From Camelus dromedarius (taxonomy: Eukaryota), in contig NC_087440.1 of the NCBI RefSeq assembly GCF_036321535.1, forward strand, positions 22,692,001-22,756,000: a stretch of DNA of 64,000 nt, read 5' to 3'. The notes below the pieces were generated by a model. It saw only the letters and a program-made list of their open reading frames with translations, was not told where the DNA came from and did no database searches. The translations under genes and the position numbers were made by a program. This document shows, in pieces, positions 1-12,700 of the stretch; within the stretch, counting starts at the first letter, position 1; each line of letters starts with the position of its first letter.

Positions 1-1317
1 ATGTTGCCAGTCAAATTAGTCTCTAACCTTGTCCCCAAAGTGCCACAGCCATGGAAGGATGAGTTTTCCTGTAGTAACAAACTACACCAAGTTACATTTT
101 TAAAACATACAGCACACACACTCATCTCTGGGTGTGAGTTCATGAATCTGTGGCACAGATAGGAGAAATGACCTCAAGTCCCAAAAGAGTGTTAAAGGAG
201 GGTCTCAGTGTTAAGAAGCCATTTCTTGAATGCTCCAGAGCAAGCATGAATGTTTTGGCTGGTTTCCCCTGCCTGCCTCATAGCATCTGTCCAAGCCTCT
301 CCCCATATGTGTGTTGAGGGCCATACACTCACTGTAACCACCCATAATGATAATAAATAGATCTGCTAAAACTCAAAGGAAATGGAAAATGCTTCACATC
401 CTGCTTTCCAAACTTGGGGCTAGAGAGGAGGGCTAGATGATCCACTGGTGTGGGTGGGATGCCTGCTGTCGGCTTGGGCCACTCTAGGTATGAGGTGATG
501 GTTTAGATTACCACTGGGTTCTTCCAGTCCTTTGGGCCTGGCTGTGTAAAGAACAAATCCAGTCGGTACCTCAGCTGCTCTGGCTCATCTGCCTTCCTGA
601 AGGGTTGTGTGGCCATGGCCTGCACGGATGGAGCCCAGAAATCCCCAAGGAGGGCCCTCGGTTGTACCCAGATCCTTGATGCCCACCCCACCCACCCCTT
701 CATATACTCTCAAACATTTCAGTGGTTGTGTTTGGGCCAAGTTTTTGAAGCTTCAGTCCCAGACATCAGTGTCTCTCCCTGCAAGAAATGAAAGAGAGTG
801 TAGGGGAGCAGGTTCTTTTGGTCCAGGGCCCTGCTGCCCTCCCACAACATGGGGCAGAAGAGCCATGGTGAATCACTGAGAGGCAACTAAGATGCTGGAC
901 TGTCTTGAGTCAAGGCCCGACTTCTGCTCATGCTCAGGAGGAAGAGCTCCCTTGTCCTCCTGGCTGATGGTCCCAGTTGAGACTAGCGCTCTCTCAGTCT
1001 GGCTGTGAGAATACAGAAGGATCCAGTCCATGATGTAGAGAAGCCAGGACAGAGAGGCTGACTTTTACTCGGACATGAAGAGAAGGAGGTCCCAGCAGAC
1101 CTCCAGGGAGATGGTCCAGGTTAGGTGCTAGTCACTGCCTCTCCTTCCTGGTATCAGGAGTCAGATGGGTTTCATTTACTTATCGTGCAAAGGAGTTGAC
1201 GTAACTGTCACTCCTGCCCGTGGTCTTCTGTCTCTTCCACAACTCCCATGTCACTGGGCTTTCTGCTCCACTTCTCACGGGCTCCTTGGAGTTGGAGGTA
1301 GGTCTCAACAATATTGG

Positions 1318-1318
<1 letters not shown>

Positions 1319-1348
<30 letters not shown>

Positions 1349-1349
1349 C
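1319..1349 (+). repeat. (AAAAC)n microsatellite
   Basis: About six units read directly. Confidence 0.9.
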
Positions 1350-3467
1350 ACCCCCCGATTTGCCTCCAGCTCTGCCACAGACTGATCCTAGAAAAACCCC
1401 TTCCCCTCTGTGATGCTCAACCATAAAATGACCTGGATCAGTGTTTTTCATACCACATTCTGTGGAGCTGCCAGGAGCCTGAAGTGTCCCCAGGGCCCCA
1501 TGAAAGGCGCAGTAGAAAGTGAGGCTGACTTGGCTCTGTACTGCCCCCACCAGTGCCCACCAGAGTGGCTGCTTTTTATCTGCTTTATATCCTGTGTGTC
1601 CACATAAGGATTCTTTGAAGAAAGGTCCTAGGGCTTCAAAGTTTGAAAACTGCTGAAATAAATGATTGTTAAGGTCCCTTCCAGTCTGAGATACTTGGAC
1701 TTCTGATGCCCAGCTCAAGTTATTCCTCCTCTAGGAAGCCTTCCTGGTTACCAGTTCTGGGTACCTGAGCTCCAGCAGTACTCATGGTGACAGGCATATG
1801 GCCCTCAGCACGGCCTGGTGCCGTCAGTGACCCACTGAAGCCTGCATGTATGTGTGAGCTGTTTCCTCAGCTAGATGGTGAGCTCCTTAAGGGCAGATGT
1901 TCAACTTTCCTTCCGCAGCTCTGTCCCCTTGCAGTGCTGTCTGCAGAGTTGGTGTTCAGTGAAACTGCTGATGCTCCAGGCGTCATGAGCTCTCATGCGG
2001 GATAAAACCTTCCAGAGAGACACTTTACTTTGGGGAGAGGGAGCCAGCCTTTGGTCTGTGGAGTGCCCCCAGAGAGATCTGTCCTTAGAAGCTGGGATCC
2101 TGACCTAGGGAATAGCTTCAGACTTACTCCCAAAGAGGGCAGGCCTGAGCTCCTGCCTTTACTGAACTCTGCTCAACCTCTGCTGCCCTCAATGCCTCTC
2201 CTGGCAGGGGCTTTCCACACACAGTGGCCATTGGAAGGGATATGTCCCGACTCTGACCCTGGGAATCAGATCAGCCTGAATGCCTCCCGGATAGTAGGCA
2301 TCTCAGCTGGAGCTGGAGGGAAGCAAAGGGGAATTGGGGAGGAAATCCAGGCATGCTCAGACTGGGGCTCTTTCTGGAGATGGAGGCCCAAAGGGAGGAG
2401 GGAGGGGAGTTTACTCAGCAACACGTGCAAGGCAGGTTGCTAGAGAATGTCACAGGTGAAAGATCAAGACAGGCACAGGCCAATGTCCCTGGGGCAGGCA
2501 GCCAGGAGGAGAGTGCAGCTGTGGTGGAGTGAGTCAGGAAACCTGCTCAGCCATTTACTAGCTATGTGGCTTTGTGTAAATTACTTAACCTTACTAGTCT
2601 CAACACCTTTACCTATAAATCGGGGGCAAAAGGACTGGGCCAACTGCAGGCTACCCCATACTGAAATGGTGATATTCCCAGGAAACAATGGGTGTGGAAG
2701 AGTTTTCTGTTAAAGAAAAGATGCAGGGCATAAAGGATTCCTATTTGTTAATAGGGGAGAGGACTCTTCCGTGCCAGAGCAGCTTCCTGTGAGGGACCAT
2801 CCAGCAATTTAGGGATGCTCTGAGGCTGACCGTCCTCCTCCAGCTTCATTCCCAGCAGCCATTTCTGTCTGGCCTTGACAAATTTCTGGTCAGATTGGGG
2901 AATGTGAGGGGGGCAGGGCAGTTCAGGCCAGAGGCCTTAGCCCAATTCTGGCCCAGAGAAGCTCCCCAAAGAGAAAGAAGTATCCTGATAAAGAACCCCT
3001 GGAAGGCGTGAGGCCCAGGGGGGTGCTGAGATTTCCCAGGGCTCTTTTGGTTGGTGAGGTGTCCCTGCAGGGTCCCAAGGACTGGGTCCCTTAGTCTCAC
3101 TGAACTTGCCACTTGGCATGGGGGTTGGGTCAGCCTTGCCTAATACATAGAGGTACACATCTGGTTTTCCCCCTTCCACAGTGTGGGTCCTGGTTGGCAC
3201 TGTGGGGGCAGATGAGCCCTCAGCAGATCATGAGGAGAGCTTGGCTTTTCATTCCAAAGACCTTCCCCACTGAATCCTCCAGATGTGGGGAGTAAGCAGC
3301 AGCCCAGGCCAAGGCTGGATCATCTGGCAGGCTGGAAATCCACAGCTGGAGGGTGAGCCTTCTTCATGCTGATGTGGAGAAACACCAGCAGGCTCCAGCC
3401 TGGTGCTGCCCCTGCAGTGTCATCCCTGACAGGCTCTGTGCTCCAGTCCAGCCTCCCAGGGCCTCCC

Positions 3468-6400
3468 TCAGCTACTGTAGCCTGAAGTGTAGGTACTGGG
3501 CCTGCGCAGCCAAACGTCTGGCAGATCTGGCTGGCTGTTAGGCAGCACCACAGGGCTGCCATCCCCTGGCCCCCCACGGCCCTTCCAGGACGAGCTGCTC
3601 TGGTGGGAGGCAGGCAGTGATGGATCATACACAGTCTCCCGCAGTGCCAGCCACAGGGTGTCCCGCTTCTCATTCAGGTGGCCTCGCTCAGGTACTGTTG
3701 GCTCAGTTTCGTCCGCATCCTCTGGGGAGGCACCCACGGAATCCTGCACGCGGGCACTTGGCTCAGAGGTGCTTAGGCAGGTCTCGTCAGAGACGCTGAG
3801 CCCCTCCAGGGTGCTGGCTGAGGAGCAGAGACAATCTGGAGGCTCCACAACCTGGGGCTGGGGCTTGGGGGAGTGGGTTGGGGCTTCTGGTAAGGGCTGC
3901 ACTGGCTCAGCCTTCTGCCCTTGGGAGTCCTGCCTGGTCCGGGTTTTGGGGCTGGGGCCAACCTGCTTATAGGGTGAGGAGGTCTGCAGGGCTGGGCACT
4001 GCCTGAAGACTGCCTGGTGGTCCAGGAACAGCTCCCGTGGGGAGGCAGGGGCCAGTGGAGGCCTGGAGCAGCAGGGGCCATCATGCAGCTGTAGATCCTC
4101 AGAGAGCACTGAAGGCCGGTGGGATAGCTTGCTGGTGGCTGTACTGGTGTCAAAGCTGGGGCTCCGGCGCTGTGCCAGGGGCTGTAACTCATACTGCTCT
4201 GAGCAGGACCCGGGTGCCCCTCCCACTGGCCCTGGTCGTGGGCGGCCTGCCTTCTCCGGACCAGGTTCCCCACTTCCAGCGTCCCACGGCAGGTGGGCAC
4301 AAGGCCAGAGGATCTGCCCACAGTTTTTCTCTGGTCCAAAGAAACAGCACAGAGATTGAAAGAAGAAGCTGGCAAAGCCGCAGCTGACACACTTGACCAT
4401 CATGAGGACGATGCCCAGCTTGCGATAGAGCAGCACCGTGGCAGGGAGCATGAGCACACCGGCTGCGAACAGAGCTGCAGCCCCCACTGCCGTGGCACAG
4501 CTGGTCTGGCGCAGTGAGAAGGCCACGCGGCTCAGGCGGTCAGGGTGTGGGCACAGGTGATAGGAGATGCAGTAGTTGACAGTGAAGTCTACCGAGAGGC
4601 CCACAGAAGCAGAAAGAAAGAGGGCCTCGGCAGTGTTGAGCTGCCACTCGAGCAGAACCAGGAGCCCCACAGTGAGCAGCACGGTGCCTGCCACAGCTGC
4701 CACGGAGAACAGGCTAAGAGGAACATTCCAGGTGCCCAGCAGCAGTGTGGCAAAGGCCAGCGCCAGAGCCAGGCCCAGCACCACAGCAGGCTCGGTGCTC
4801 AGGCTGTGCTGCAGGCTGTACAGCTCCAGATGGCTCGTGAACCAGCCCCGGCGGAGGCCAGGAGGTGCCCTGCCCAGCTCTGCTGCCAGCCAGTGGCTGA
4901 CCTCAGTGTAGAAGTGGTGGGCCTGGGTGTAGTCGGGACTATACTGGAAGTTGGTCTGGAACTGCAGGACCAAGGCGGCCAGATTGCCCTGGGTGTTGAA
5001 GCGGAGTCCCAGGTCACGGGTGCTCTCGGGGTCTTGCTCCAGAGCCATCATCTTGAGGCAGTGTAGGAAAAGCTGGGGGGCCCAGGGGAAGCCTGAGTGG
5101 CCACAGCAGAGGCCAGGCCCCATGCGGGCACACCTAGGGCTCTCCATCCAGTGCTGGAGGGCCTCCACGAAGCACAACGTGGACCAGCCCTCCGGCTGGG
5201 CCCCAAAGAAGCTCTGATTCCGTGCTCCGTGGCAGAGTGCCAGCAGCCAGCGCTGGGCCTCAGGACCGCTGGCCGAGAAGGCCGGGTCACTCACCATTGA
5301 GCTGTTGCTGCGAGGGTCCAGGGGGTCACCGGTGTCCACGGGCAGGATGCCCCACACCAAAACTACGGGCATGTGGCCACCCTCGCCCTGAGGCAGCTGC
5401 TGGAACAAGAACTGCTGGCGGTACTCGGCGTCGAAGCGCTCGAAGGGGTGGCTGGGCCGGAAGACCTGGCCGCCGGGCGGCGGCAGAGTGGGCAGCCGCA
5501 GGCGCGGGCTGACGCCGGCGATGTAGGCGCCCCCTGCCGCCAGCGCGGCGAACCAGCAGATCCAGATGTAGCGGAACTTGATGACGCCACAGGGCAGGAG
5601 GCGCTGGAAGAGCAGGCGCGAGGTGCTGGCGGCCGCCCTCCGCAGGCCGCGGAGCCGCCGGTGCAGCGCCAGCGCCAATCGGCGGGGCGCACTGCCGCCC
5701 CACGGGCCCCGCGCCCCCGACGCACAGCCGCGCGCCAGGTAGCGCTCGTGGAGCACGGCCGAGGAGGGCAGCCAAGCCAGCGTGAGCGCCAGGTGCGCCA
5801 GCACAGCCGTGCCCATGTAGAGGGCGAAGCAGCGCAAGACCGGGAGGCGGCTCAGGTAGCTGGCGTAGAAGGCGGCGCCGGTGGTGAGGCCCGAGACCAG
5901 CAGCAGGTAGCCGAAGTGGTGCATGGTGCGGCCCACTCGCTGCGCCAGCCCCCCGGAGGGCAGCTGGCTCTTGCTGAGGCGCCACAGGTCGAAGAAGATG
6001 AGGGTGTGGTTGGCACAGACGCTGCTCAGCAGGACGAGGGCCGCCAGATTGACAAAGGGGAAGTAGGCCATCCGGAAGGCCACTCGATAAAGAAAAAAGG
6101 CAACCAGCAGGGAGCCCAGCACCCCGAGCAGCACCATGAGTGTGAGGAAGAGGGAGCGCAGGTAGAGGGCGATGCTGAGGAAGATGGCAGCCAGGGCCAG
6201 CAAGGGGTATACCGTATCCTGGGCCAGGTAGTGCCTCAGCAGCTCCTGCTTAAGGCCCAGGTCCATGCCAGTGATGGATGTGTAGTTGTCAGAGAGCCCC
6301 CAGGGAGCAACCAGGCGATCCAGGTAGATGCCCATCATGGAGGCACCCTTTGGGGTGGGCAGGAAGAGCAGGCTGTACTTGAGGGAGGGCACCTGGTAGT

Positions 6401-6734
6401 CAGCAGTCTGGGGACTCAGAAAGTCCCTGTCCAGCAGAAAGTGCAGGAGTTGGTAGACAGCACTGCTCCGGGAGCACTTGGTGGGAACCTGGGCACAGTG
6501 TGGGGGCTTGTCCTTCCCGGGTCCCAGACAAGAGGGCACCAGGGCACCGCGGTGGTAGTAGAGGGCACAGGCCCGCAGCAGGGCCAGCGTGCGGGCTGTG
6601 TCAGCTTGAGTAGTGTCCAGGCAGGAGGAGCGGTTGGAGAGTACGGCCACATAGTTGCCCAGGGACCAGCTGGGGCAGCACTCGTTGGCTGCCGTACGGC
6701 GGCACAGAGCCCCAAAGCGGGTATGGGAGCGGAT
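3468..6734 (-). CDS. DISP2: DISP2 terminal coding exon (3267 nt; SSD, transmembrane helices and C-terminal tail)
   Basis: ORF track 3468..6749 (-). True acceptor CAG at 6735-6737; exon starts ATC CGC TCC CAT (IRSH); stop at 3468-3470. Confidence 0.97.
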   Translation of the reverse strand: MRSHTRFGALCRRTAANECCPSWSLGNYVAVLSNRSSCLDTTQADTARTLALLRACALYYHRGALVPSCLGPGKDKPPHCAQVPTKCSRSSAVYQLLHFLLDRDFLSPQTADYQVPSLKYSLLFLPTPKGASMMGIYLDRLVAPWGLSDNYTSITGMDLGLKQELLRHYLAQDTVYPLLALAAIFLSIALYLRSLFLTLMVLLGVLGSLLVAFFLYRVAFRMAYFPFVNLAALVLLSSVCANHTLIFFDLWRLSKSQLPSGGLAQRVGRTMHHFGYLLLVSGLTTGAAFYASYLSRLPVLRCFALYMGTAVLAHLALTLAWLPSSAVLHERYLARGCASGARGPWGGSAPRRLALALHRRLRGLRRAAASTSRLLFQRLLPCGVIKFRYIWICWFAALAAGGAYIAGVSPRLRLPTLPPPGGQVFRPSHPFERFDAEYRQQFLFQQLPQGEGGHMPVVLVWGILPVDTGDPLDPRSNSSMVSDPAFSASGPEAQRWLLALCHGARNQSFFGAQPEGWSTLCFVEALQHWMESPRCARMGPGLCCGHSGFPWAPQLFLHCLKMMALEQDPESTRDLGLRFNTQGNLAALVLQFQTNFQYSPDYTQAHHFYTEVSHWLAAELGRAPPGLRRGWFTSHLELYSLQHSLSTEPAVVLGLALALAFATLLLGTWNVPLSLFSVAAVAGTVLLTVGLLVLLEWQLNTAEALFLSASVGLSVDFTVNYCISYHLCPHPDRLSRVAFSLRQTSCATAVGAAALFAAGVLMLPATVLLYRKLGIVLMMVKCVSCGFASFFFQSLCCFFGPEKNCGQILWPCAHLPWDAGSGEPGPEKAGRPRPGPVGGAPGSCSEQYELQPLAQRRSPSFDTSTATSKLSHRPSVLSEDLQLHDGPCCSRPPLAPASPRELFLDHQAVFRQCPALQTSSPYKQVGPSPKTRTRQDSQGQKAEPVQPLPEAPTHSPKPQPQVVEPPDCLCSSASTLEGLSVSDETCLSTSEPSARVQDSVGASPEDADETEPTVPERGHLNEKRDTLWLALRETVYDPSLPASHQSSSSWKGRGGPGDGSPVVLPNSQPDLPDVWLRRPSTYTSGYSS

Positions 6735-9700
6735 CTGCAGGGCACACACAGCAGGAGAGAGCTCAGGGGCAGTGTGGGGGCCCAGGTTTCCCCAGCGCTG
6801 CCTGAGGCCCTCTCACCTCCTTACAGTCTGCAGGACAGATACAGAGAGGTATCTTGACAGCTCAGCAAAACCTGGTTGATCAGGCCCAGGTTCCAGCAGC
6901 TACATCTTGACTACATCAAAGGAGTGTCAGGAGTGCTGCCCTGAGAGATCTTGCCCTTAGGGCCCCTGCAGGTCATATGCCCCAACTTGGCACTGCCTGA
7001 GCCAGGAGTAGGAGTGGAAGCGACAGCCTCAGATGGAACAGGGCCAAAAGCCCAGGGAACTGGAAACAAATGGTGAGAAAAGTGGAGGCCAAAACATTCC
7101 AGGATAAAGGTCACTGCCAAACCCTAGCCCCTACCTCTGTCCACTGGTCTGCTTAAACCTTCTGAAGGACAGAGCTGTTTCCTTTCCAGAACTCATGCCC
7201 GTTTTTCTCTCCCACCCTTCACAACATCTCGTGTAGTAACAGAGAGTGCCAGCCTGGGAATTAGAGACCCTGTCCCGGCTATGTGGCATTGGGCCTGAGA
7301 TCTTGGTGACAATAGTAACATTTACTGAGTGATTATTATTGCCAGTCATTATGCTGTATTTTTACAAATTCTATCTTGTTTCATTGTCACAACATCCCTA
7401 TGAGGGCCATACCATTATTATTCCCATTTTATATATACAAAGACTGAGGCACTGAGAGGTTAAGAAACATGCCTGAAGTCACACAGCTAAGGAATATTAG
7501 AGCTGGCCATGAATTCAGGCATCTGACTTCAGAGCACATGTTCTCAACCAGTGTCTTTTTGTCCTTCAGATACCCTTGAGTGGGGTGAGTGGCTTGGGCT
7601 ACTCAGTGATGTTCACACTGTTTTCAGTAGCAAACCTTTATCCAGATATTATGGTACATGGTTCTCCAGCTAGCATGGTTGGATTGGCACTGCTTGGGTC
7701 GATGGGAGCTGGGGGCCTTGGACCAGGGGCTCCTCAACAGCTCCTGAGGCTTCTTTTCAGGACCTTTTGAAAGTCCCCAGGCTCTACATGGTCTGTCTTC
7801 CAGCACCTGTGTCTTGGCTTTTCTGCAAACAGCTGACTCTTCTCTCCCCACCCTAACCCGGAGCCTCTCAGCAGAGTTGCAGTAATTTTCTAAGCAGGGA
7901 ATGCTCTTCCCCAGTCTGGCCTGAAAGTCCTGGCTCAGCTATGTTTCCTTATGATCAGGTCCCTTGTGCCCCTAGATACCCCCCCATCCCCTGGCACCTC
8001 CCCAGCCAGCTCACCTGGTCCTGTTCCATGCGACACATGGAATGAATGGCGTGCAGGTTCCACAGGCTGCCCGCTGAGGTGGACATGAACACCAGCTGTG
8101 CATAGCTCTTCTCTGCAACACACCCCCGCCCCCCCCGGAGCTCAGCCCTTTGGCCCCAGGTCCCCGGCCCACCAAAGGGAAGATGCTTACCCAGGGCCAT
8201 ATGAAGTTCAGAATCTCAGGAGCCTGAAACTTGGGCCTGATCCTGGGCCTGCCTCTCTCCTCTGTGCCCCACCCCCATCCAGCTTGACCCTAACAGGCTA
8301 GGACACCTGAGACCTTCCTTGTCCTCCCAGCTGTAACCCAACTTCTTTGGCTTGAATGTGACCAGCTGGTCTCCTTCCCCTTCTGTCTGCCCACATTTGT
8401 TCTCCTGGGCCCTCCTGTTTTAGTAGTTGGAGAGGGGGGCAGTGGCGGGAAACACCATTAAAGCCAGGAACTGGCCAGGCTGCAGCTTACCAGGAGGGCC
8501 GCAGAAGAAACTCTCCTGCCCTCTGTCCTCCAGGGGTTCCACCATCCTCTGAGGCCGGACCATGCCCTCCTGGGCACTGCTCCAGGGTGCAGGGCTCCGA
8601 GTGGTGAGGGGGCTTGAGCTGAGGTAGAGAGAAGATCTATGCCAGGTGCCATCAAGGGGCAGGGTGCTCAGAGAAAGCCAGACATCACTGTGCAGGGGCC
8701 CCAGCAAGGCCCTCTGACCTACCTTTAGCTTCTCTCTGGAGACCTTGTTCCTTTCCCCCATCCCCCACTCCCAAACAGTGGAAAGTTGGGACCCCATTAC
8801 CTGTTCAGCTCATGGTCTGGAGAAAGGGAAAGCAGCTTCCTGGGACCTGTGAGGGCCTGCAGCGCTCTCCAGACCACTAGCTTGCGCCCGATGTCCGTGT
8901 CCCGAGGCTCAAAGCCCTGCAGGGAGGAAGGCAGAAACGATCAGGGAGGCAGATGGAGAATTCTCCTCCTTTCTCAGCTCTGCCCCTCTAGGTCCCTGAA
9001 GCAGGGAGGGCCAGCCTGCCTGCCTGGATTGTTGGACACGAGTATCACCTCTATACCAGCTCCCCAGGTCTCTCTGGAGAGCCCACCACTGCCACTCCAC
9101 TCCCAGCTGGGCCACTCCACCTTTCTGCCCCAGACTGAGCTGAAGCGGCAAGGCTAGGGGGCCTTCTCCCTCCCCTTGGCCCCTCACCATCAAGGGCTTG
9201 GAGAAGTCGGGTAGCTGGCCCCACAAGAGTCCGGCCAGAGTGCAGAGGAGGATGACAGCCAGACACAGCAGCAGCACGGCCACTGGCCACTCAGCAATCA
9301 GCTGGGAATAGCTGGGAAAGAGGAAGAGATCCCATGTGAACTGGTGTTGGGTGCGGTAGCAGGGAGTGGGTGAGCTTAGAAGCCACCAAGAAAGGATGGT
9401 GGCATTAAACTGGGCACCAGGCTGGTCACCGCTGGGAATCCAGAGAAAACCCAGGCTTACCTCTTTGGAATCTGGAAGGCCCGTTCCTGTCTGTGGAAGA
9501 GAAGAAAAGACACTTGCTTGTCAGAGTCCTCTTGTAGGGTGGGAGGTCGGGGTGGAGTGGGGGACAGAGGAAGATGGCATTAATCCTTTTAGGCCTTCCT
9601 GCTCCCAAGCTCCAACCCTTCCTTCCTCTTCCATCCAGGCTGCCTCCTCCAGCAGAAGCAGGAGACATCCTGGGCTGCCTCCTAGTAAAGGAGTCCGGAG

Positions 9701-12700
9701 CCCAGGGGGTCAGCCCCACTTTTAAGCCCTGCCCCACCTTCCAGGGCAGCTGGCAGGCTACTGGATCCCTCCTTACCTGACGCTGACCACATGGTGCTGC
9801 ACAGACGGCGGCTTCCAGGCCCCATCACGCTGTGAGGGGGCTGGGGAAGGGCTGAGGCTGGAGCCATGGGAACACAGTGCTGCCCGGTCCCCAAGCCCTG
9901 GCAGGGAGCTGCCCCCCCGGTATTCCTGTGGTGGCCGGGGATAGGTGAAGTGGGAGGGGGCCAAGGGGCTGGACGGGCCCACAGGCTGGAGGGTGGAAGT
10001 TGCTGGTGGGGGTCCCGAGGAAATGGAAGGGTCCTCAAGGGGGCAGCTGTGGAGGGAGCAGCTTTTCTCTGGGCTGGCCTCGGGGGCCACAGCCTTGCTC
10101 TGGGACCTGGGGAGAGAGGAGACAGGGAAAATGAGGGTGGGGGACAGTGGTGGTCCACACCACCCCCCAGCATTGCTCAGGAAGCTGCGACGAGGAGACG
10201 GGGCTCAGGTTGTTCTGTTACTAGTCCTGGGGAGAGGTGAGGAGGGTGGGGGCTCTGGGTCTACATCCCTAGCCTACCTTTTGGGGTTAATTGTCTCATT
10301 CACTCATCTGTCCATGCACCAAAAACACGTTATATGATCTTACTTACTCCTTTAAAAACTCTCCAGGGGAAGTACTTCTGTTCTTCTATAGATTTGAAAA
10401 CTGAGGTTCAGTGAGACGTGGAGAGCTGGGCCTTGAACCTAGTTCTGACTTGCAATCCTATGCTCTCTCTGCTGTAGTTGTCTCTTCATCCTCTTGTCAG
10501 ACCTGCTGTACTTTTGTTCCCACCTTGGAGCCTTTGAACTTTCTCCTCCCTCTACTTGGGATGCTCCTCCCCAGATAATTGCATGGCTCACACCCTCTCT
10601 TTATTCTGGTCTCAGTTCAACTATTACCTTCTTAGAGAAGCCCTTCCTGACTACTCTCTCTAAATAATCACCCACCAGCTCTCTATCCCCCTGCCTGCTT
10701 TATAGTTCTTCCTAGCATTTGCCACAACTGGACATTATATTACATATTATCATGTTTACTGCCTGTCTCTCCTATGGAATGTGAGCTCTGGGAGACCAGG
10801 GCCTGATGCATTTGTTCATCTGTGTGTCCTCAGTGCCTTGAGCAGTGCCTTATACACAGAATGTGCCCCAGGGATGCTTGTTGAATGAATGCTGAGTGCT
10901 GGACAGGCTGCTAAGAGTGGTGCTAGGACGAATAAGGCCCAGTCCTTGTCCTCCAGGCACTCATGGTAGGTGGGAGATGGGGAAGGTTCAGCATGTTGAG
11001 TGCTGTGAGTGAGAAAGTCACAGAGGGCTGAAGGGGCCCAGAGGAGGGTCCAACCTTGTTGGGGGAGGAGGAGTCAGGGAAAGCTTGGCAGAGGCAACTA
11101 CTGCCCTTCCACCAACCCTGGGCCTTGGGGCAGACGGTTTGCTTTGCAAGGGTGTACACAGTTGGGAGAGGGAGTTGGGACCCCCGAGGAGTTTGCCAGG
11201 GAGGAGTCAGCAATAGATTCCTCTTTCCAAATTACTCATGAACAGCACTCTGTGTGCATGGTCCCAGCCCCACTCCTTGGGTGCAGGGGGAGATGGAGTA
11301 TCACCCCAGTGGCAGGATTGCCAGACATAGGACAGAAGATGGCCAAAGAATAGATTGCCTGAGGGGTTCTGGGTTGGCCAGGAAGTCTTCCTCCCATCTG
11401 CCGGGCTCACCTGGCCTGCTGGAACTTGCATAGCTTCCCTGAGAGAGCCAGCTCTATGCCGAGCCAACTCTGGCTTTCAGTCTTGCTTGCTGCACTGCTG
11501 AAGGGACTGTGGGCCAGAGCCCTGGCTATGGTGGCAAGTGGATATTGCCCATGGAGGCTGGGCTCTGCCCAGAGATCAAGTAGTAGAATTGGAAATAATA
11601 GGCAAGTTCCACTTTTTTGTCCCGGAAGGCTGGCTGGCGAGCAGTCAGGGGCTGGAGGGTAACCCTCATGCTGAGACTAAAATGGGGGAGCAGTGGAGGT
11701 GGGCTCCTAGCTCCATCATCCTTTAGCTCCAGGGCCTTGGGAAAGACACACAATTCTTGGAGCATTTGTATCCTTGTCTGTTGAGGGAGGGTATGAAGAT
11801 AATGCCCGCCTCCTCAGGTTTACTATGGGAATTAACTGATGTTAACATTTGTGAGGTGCCTGGTGTGGAGCATGTGGAAGACATTTGCTTTCCTGCTTCT
11901 TCCCACAGTGCTGCAGGGAGCGTATAGTTTAAGAAGTATATTTATATTTACAATTTGACCTCTTTAGTCACCTCAGATTACTCCATTTGGGAACTTCTCA
12001 CACCTTGAGAATCTCACTACATATATAATTATAAGTACTTTTATTTTTGTTATCCAAAAACTGCATCAGAATTTGTCTCATGATTTAGATCACTGATTTT
12101 TTTTGGAAACTAACTCAACATTTAGAAAAATAGGAATTTGACTAAAGTTGTTCTCAAGCAAGGCCTCACATGACCCCATAAATTTAATGACATAGTGTCC
12201 TGGCAGATAAAAGACCTTATGGGGCCATCACCATGAGCCAAAGGGAAGCCTGGAAAATGACCTGGGTTTATGTGTATGAGTGTGGACATCTACTTCTATA
12301 AGATTTTCATTTTGCAGGTTTCTTTTGAGCACCTGCCATGTACTTGGCACTGTGCTGGGTCTGGGTTGGATCCTGAAGGCATGAAGGTGTTCCATTAGTC
12401 TTGTTCTCCCTCTTTAGAGTAGGACCTGCCTTCCAGAGTCAGGAGAGAGGGGCAGCCATGGTGCCTATTTCAGCGGCCCATGGCCTTAGAGCATTCATTG
12501 AGCATTGGGCTTGTCCTAGGAGCCAGGCCCTCAGTTGGAGTGTCAGTTTTTTTTCATTAAGGGAAGCCAGCACTCCAGAGAACAAGAACACTCCCCCTTA
12601 ACCAGTTTACCAAGTCTCATAGGATTTGGTAGTCTTATGAGCCACCTCCTTTGGTAATCTTAAGGAACTCCCTTTTCCTTAGCTGGCTCCTATTCAAGGG

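Noticed and set aside
1-3467. DISP2 polyadenylation site
   Set aside because: No canonical minus-strand AATAAA found by eye; the 3' end may lie outside the window.
5373-6857. 494-aa plus-strand ORF antisense to DISP2, and other overlapping ORFs at 3353-5985
   Set aside because: Shadow of GC3-rich DISP2 codons, which suppress antisense stops; no recognisable domain or independent promoter or splice evidence.
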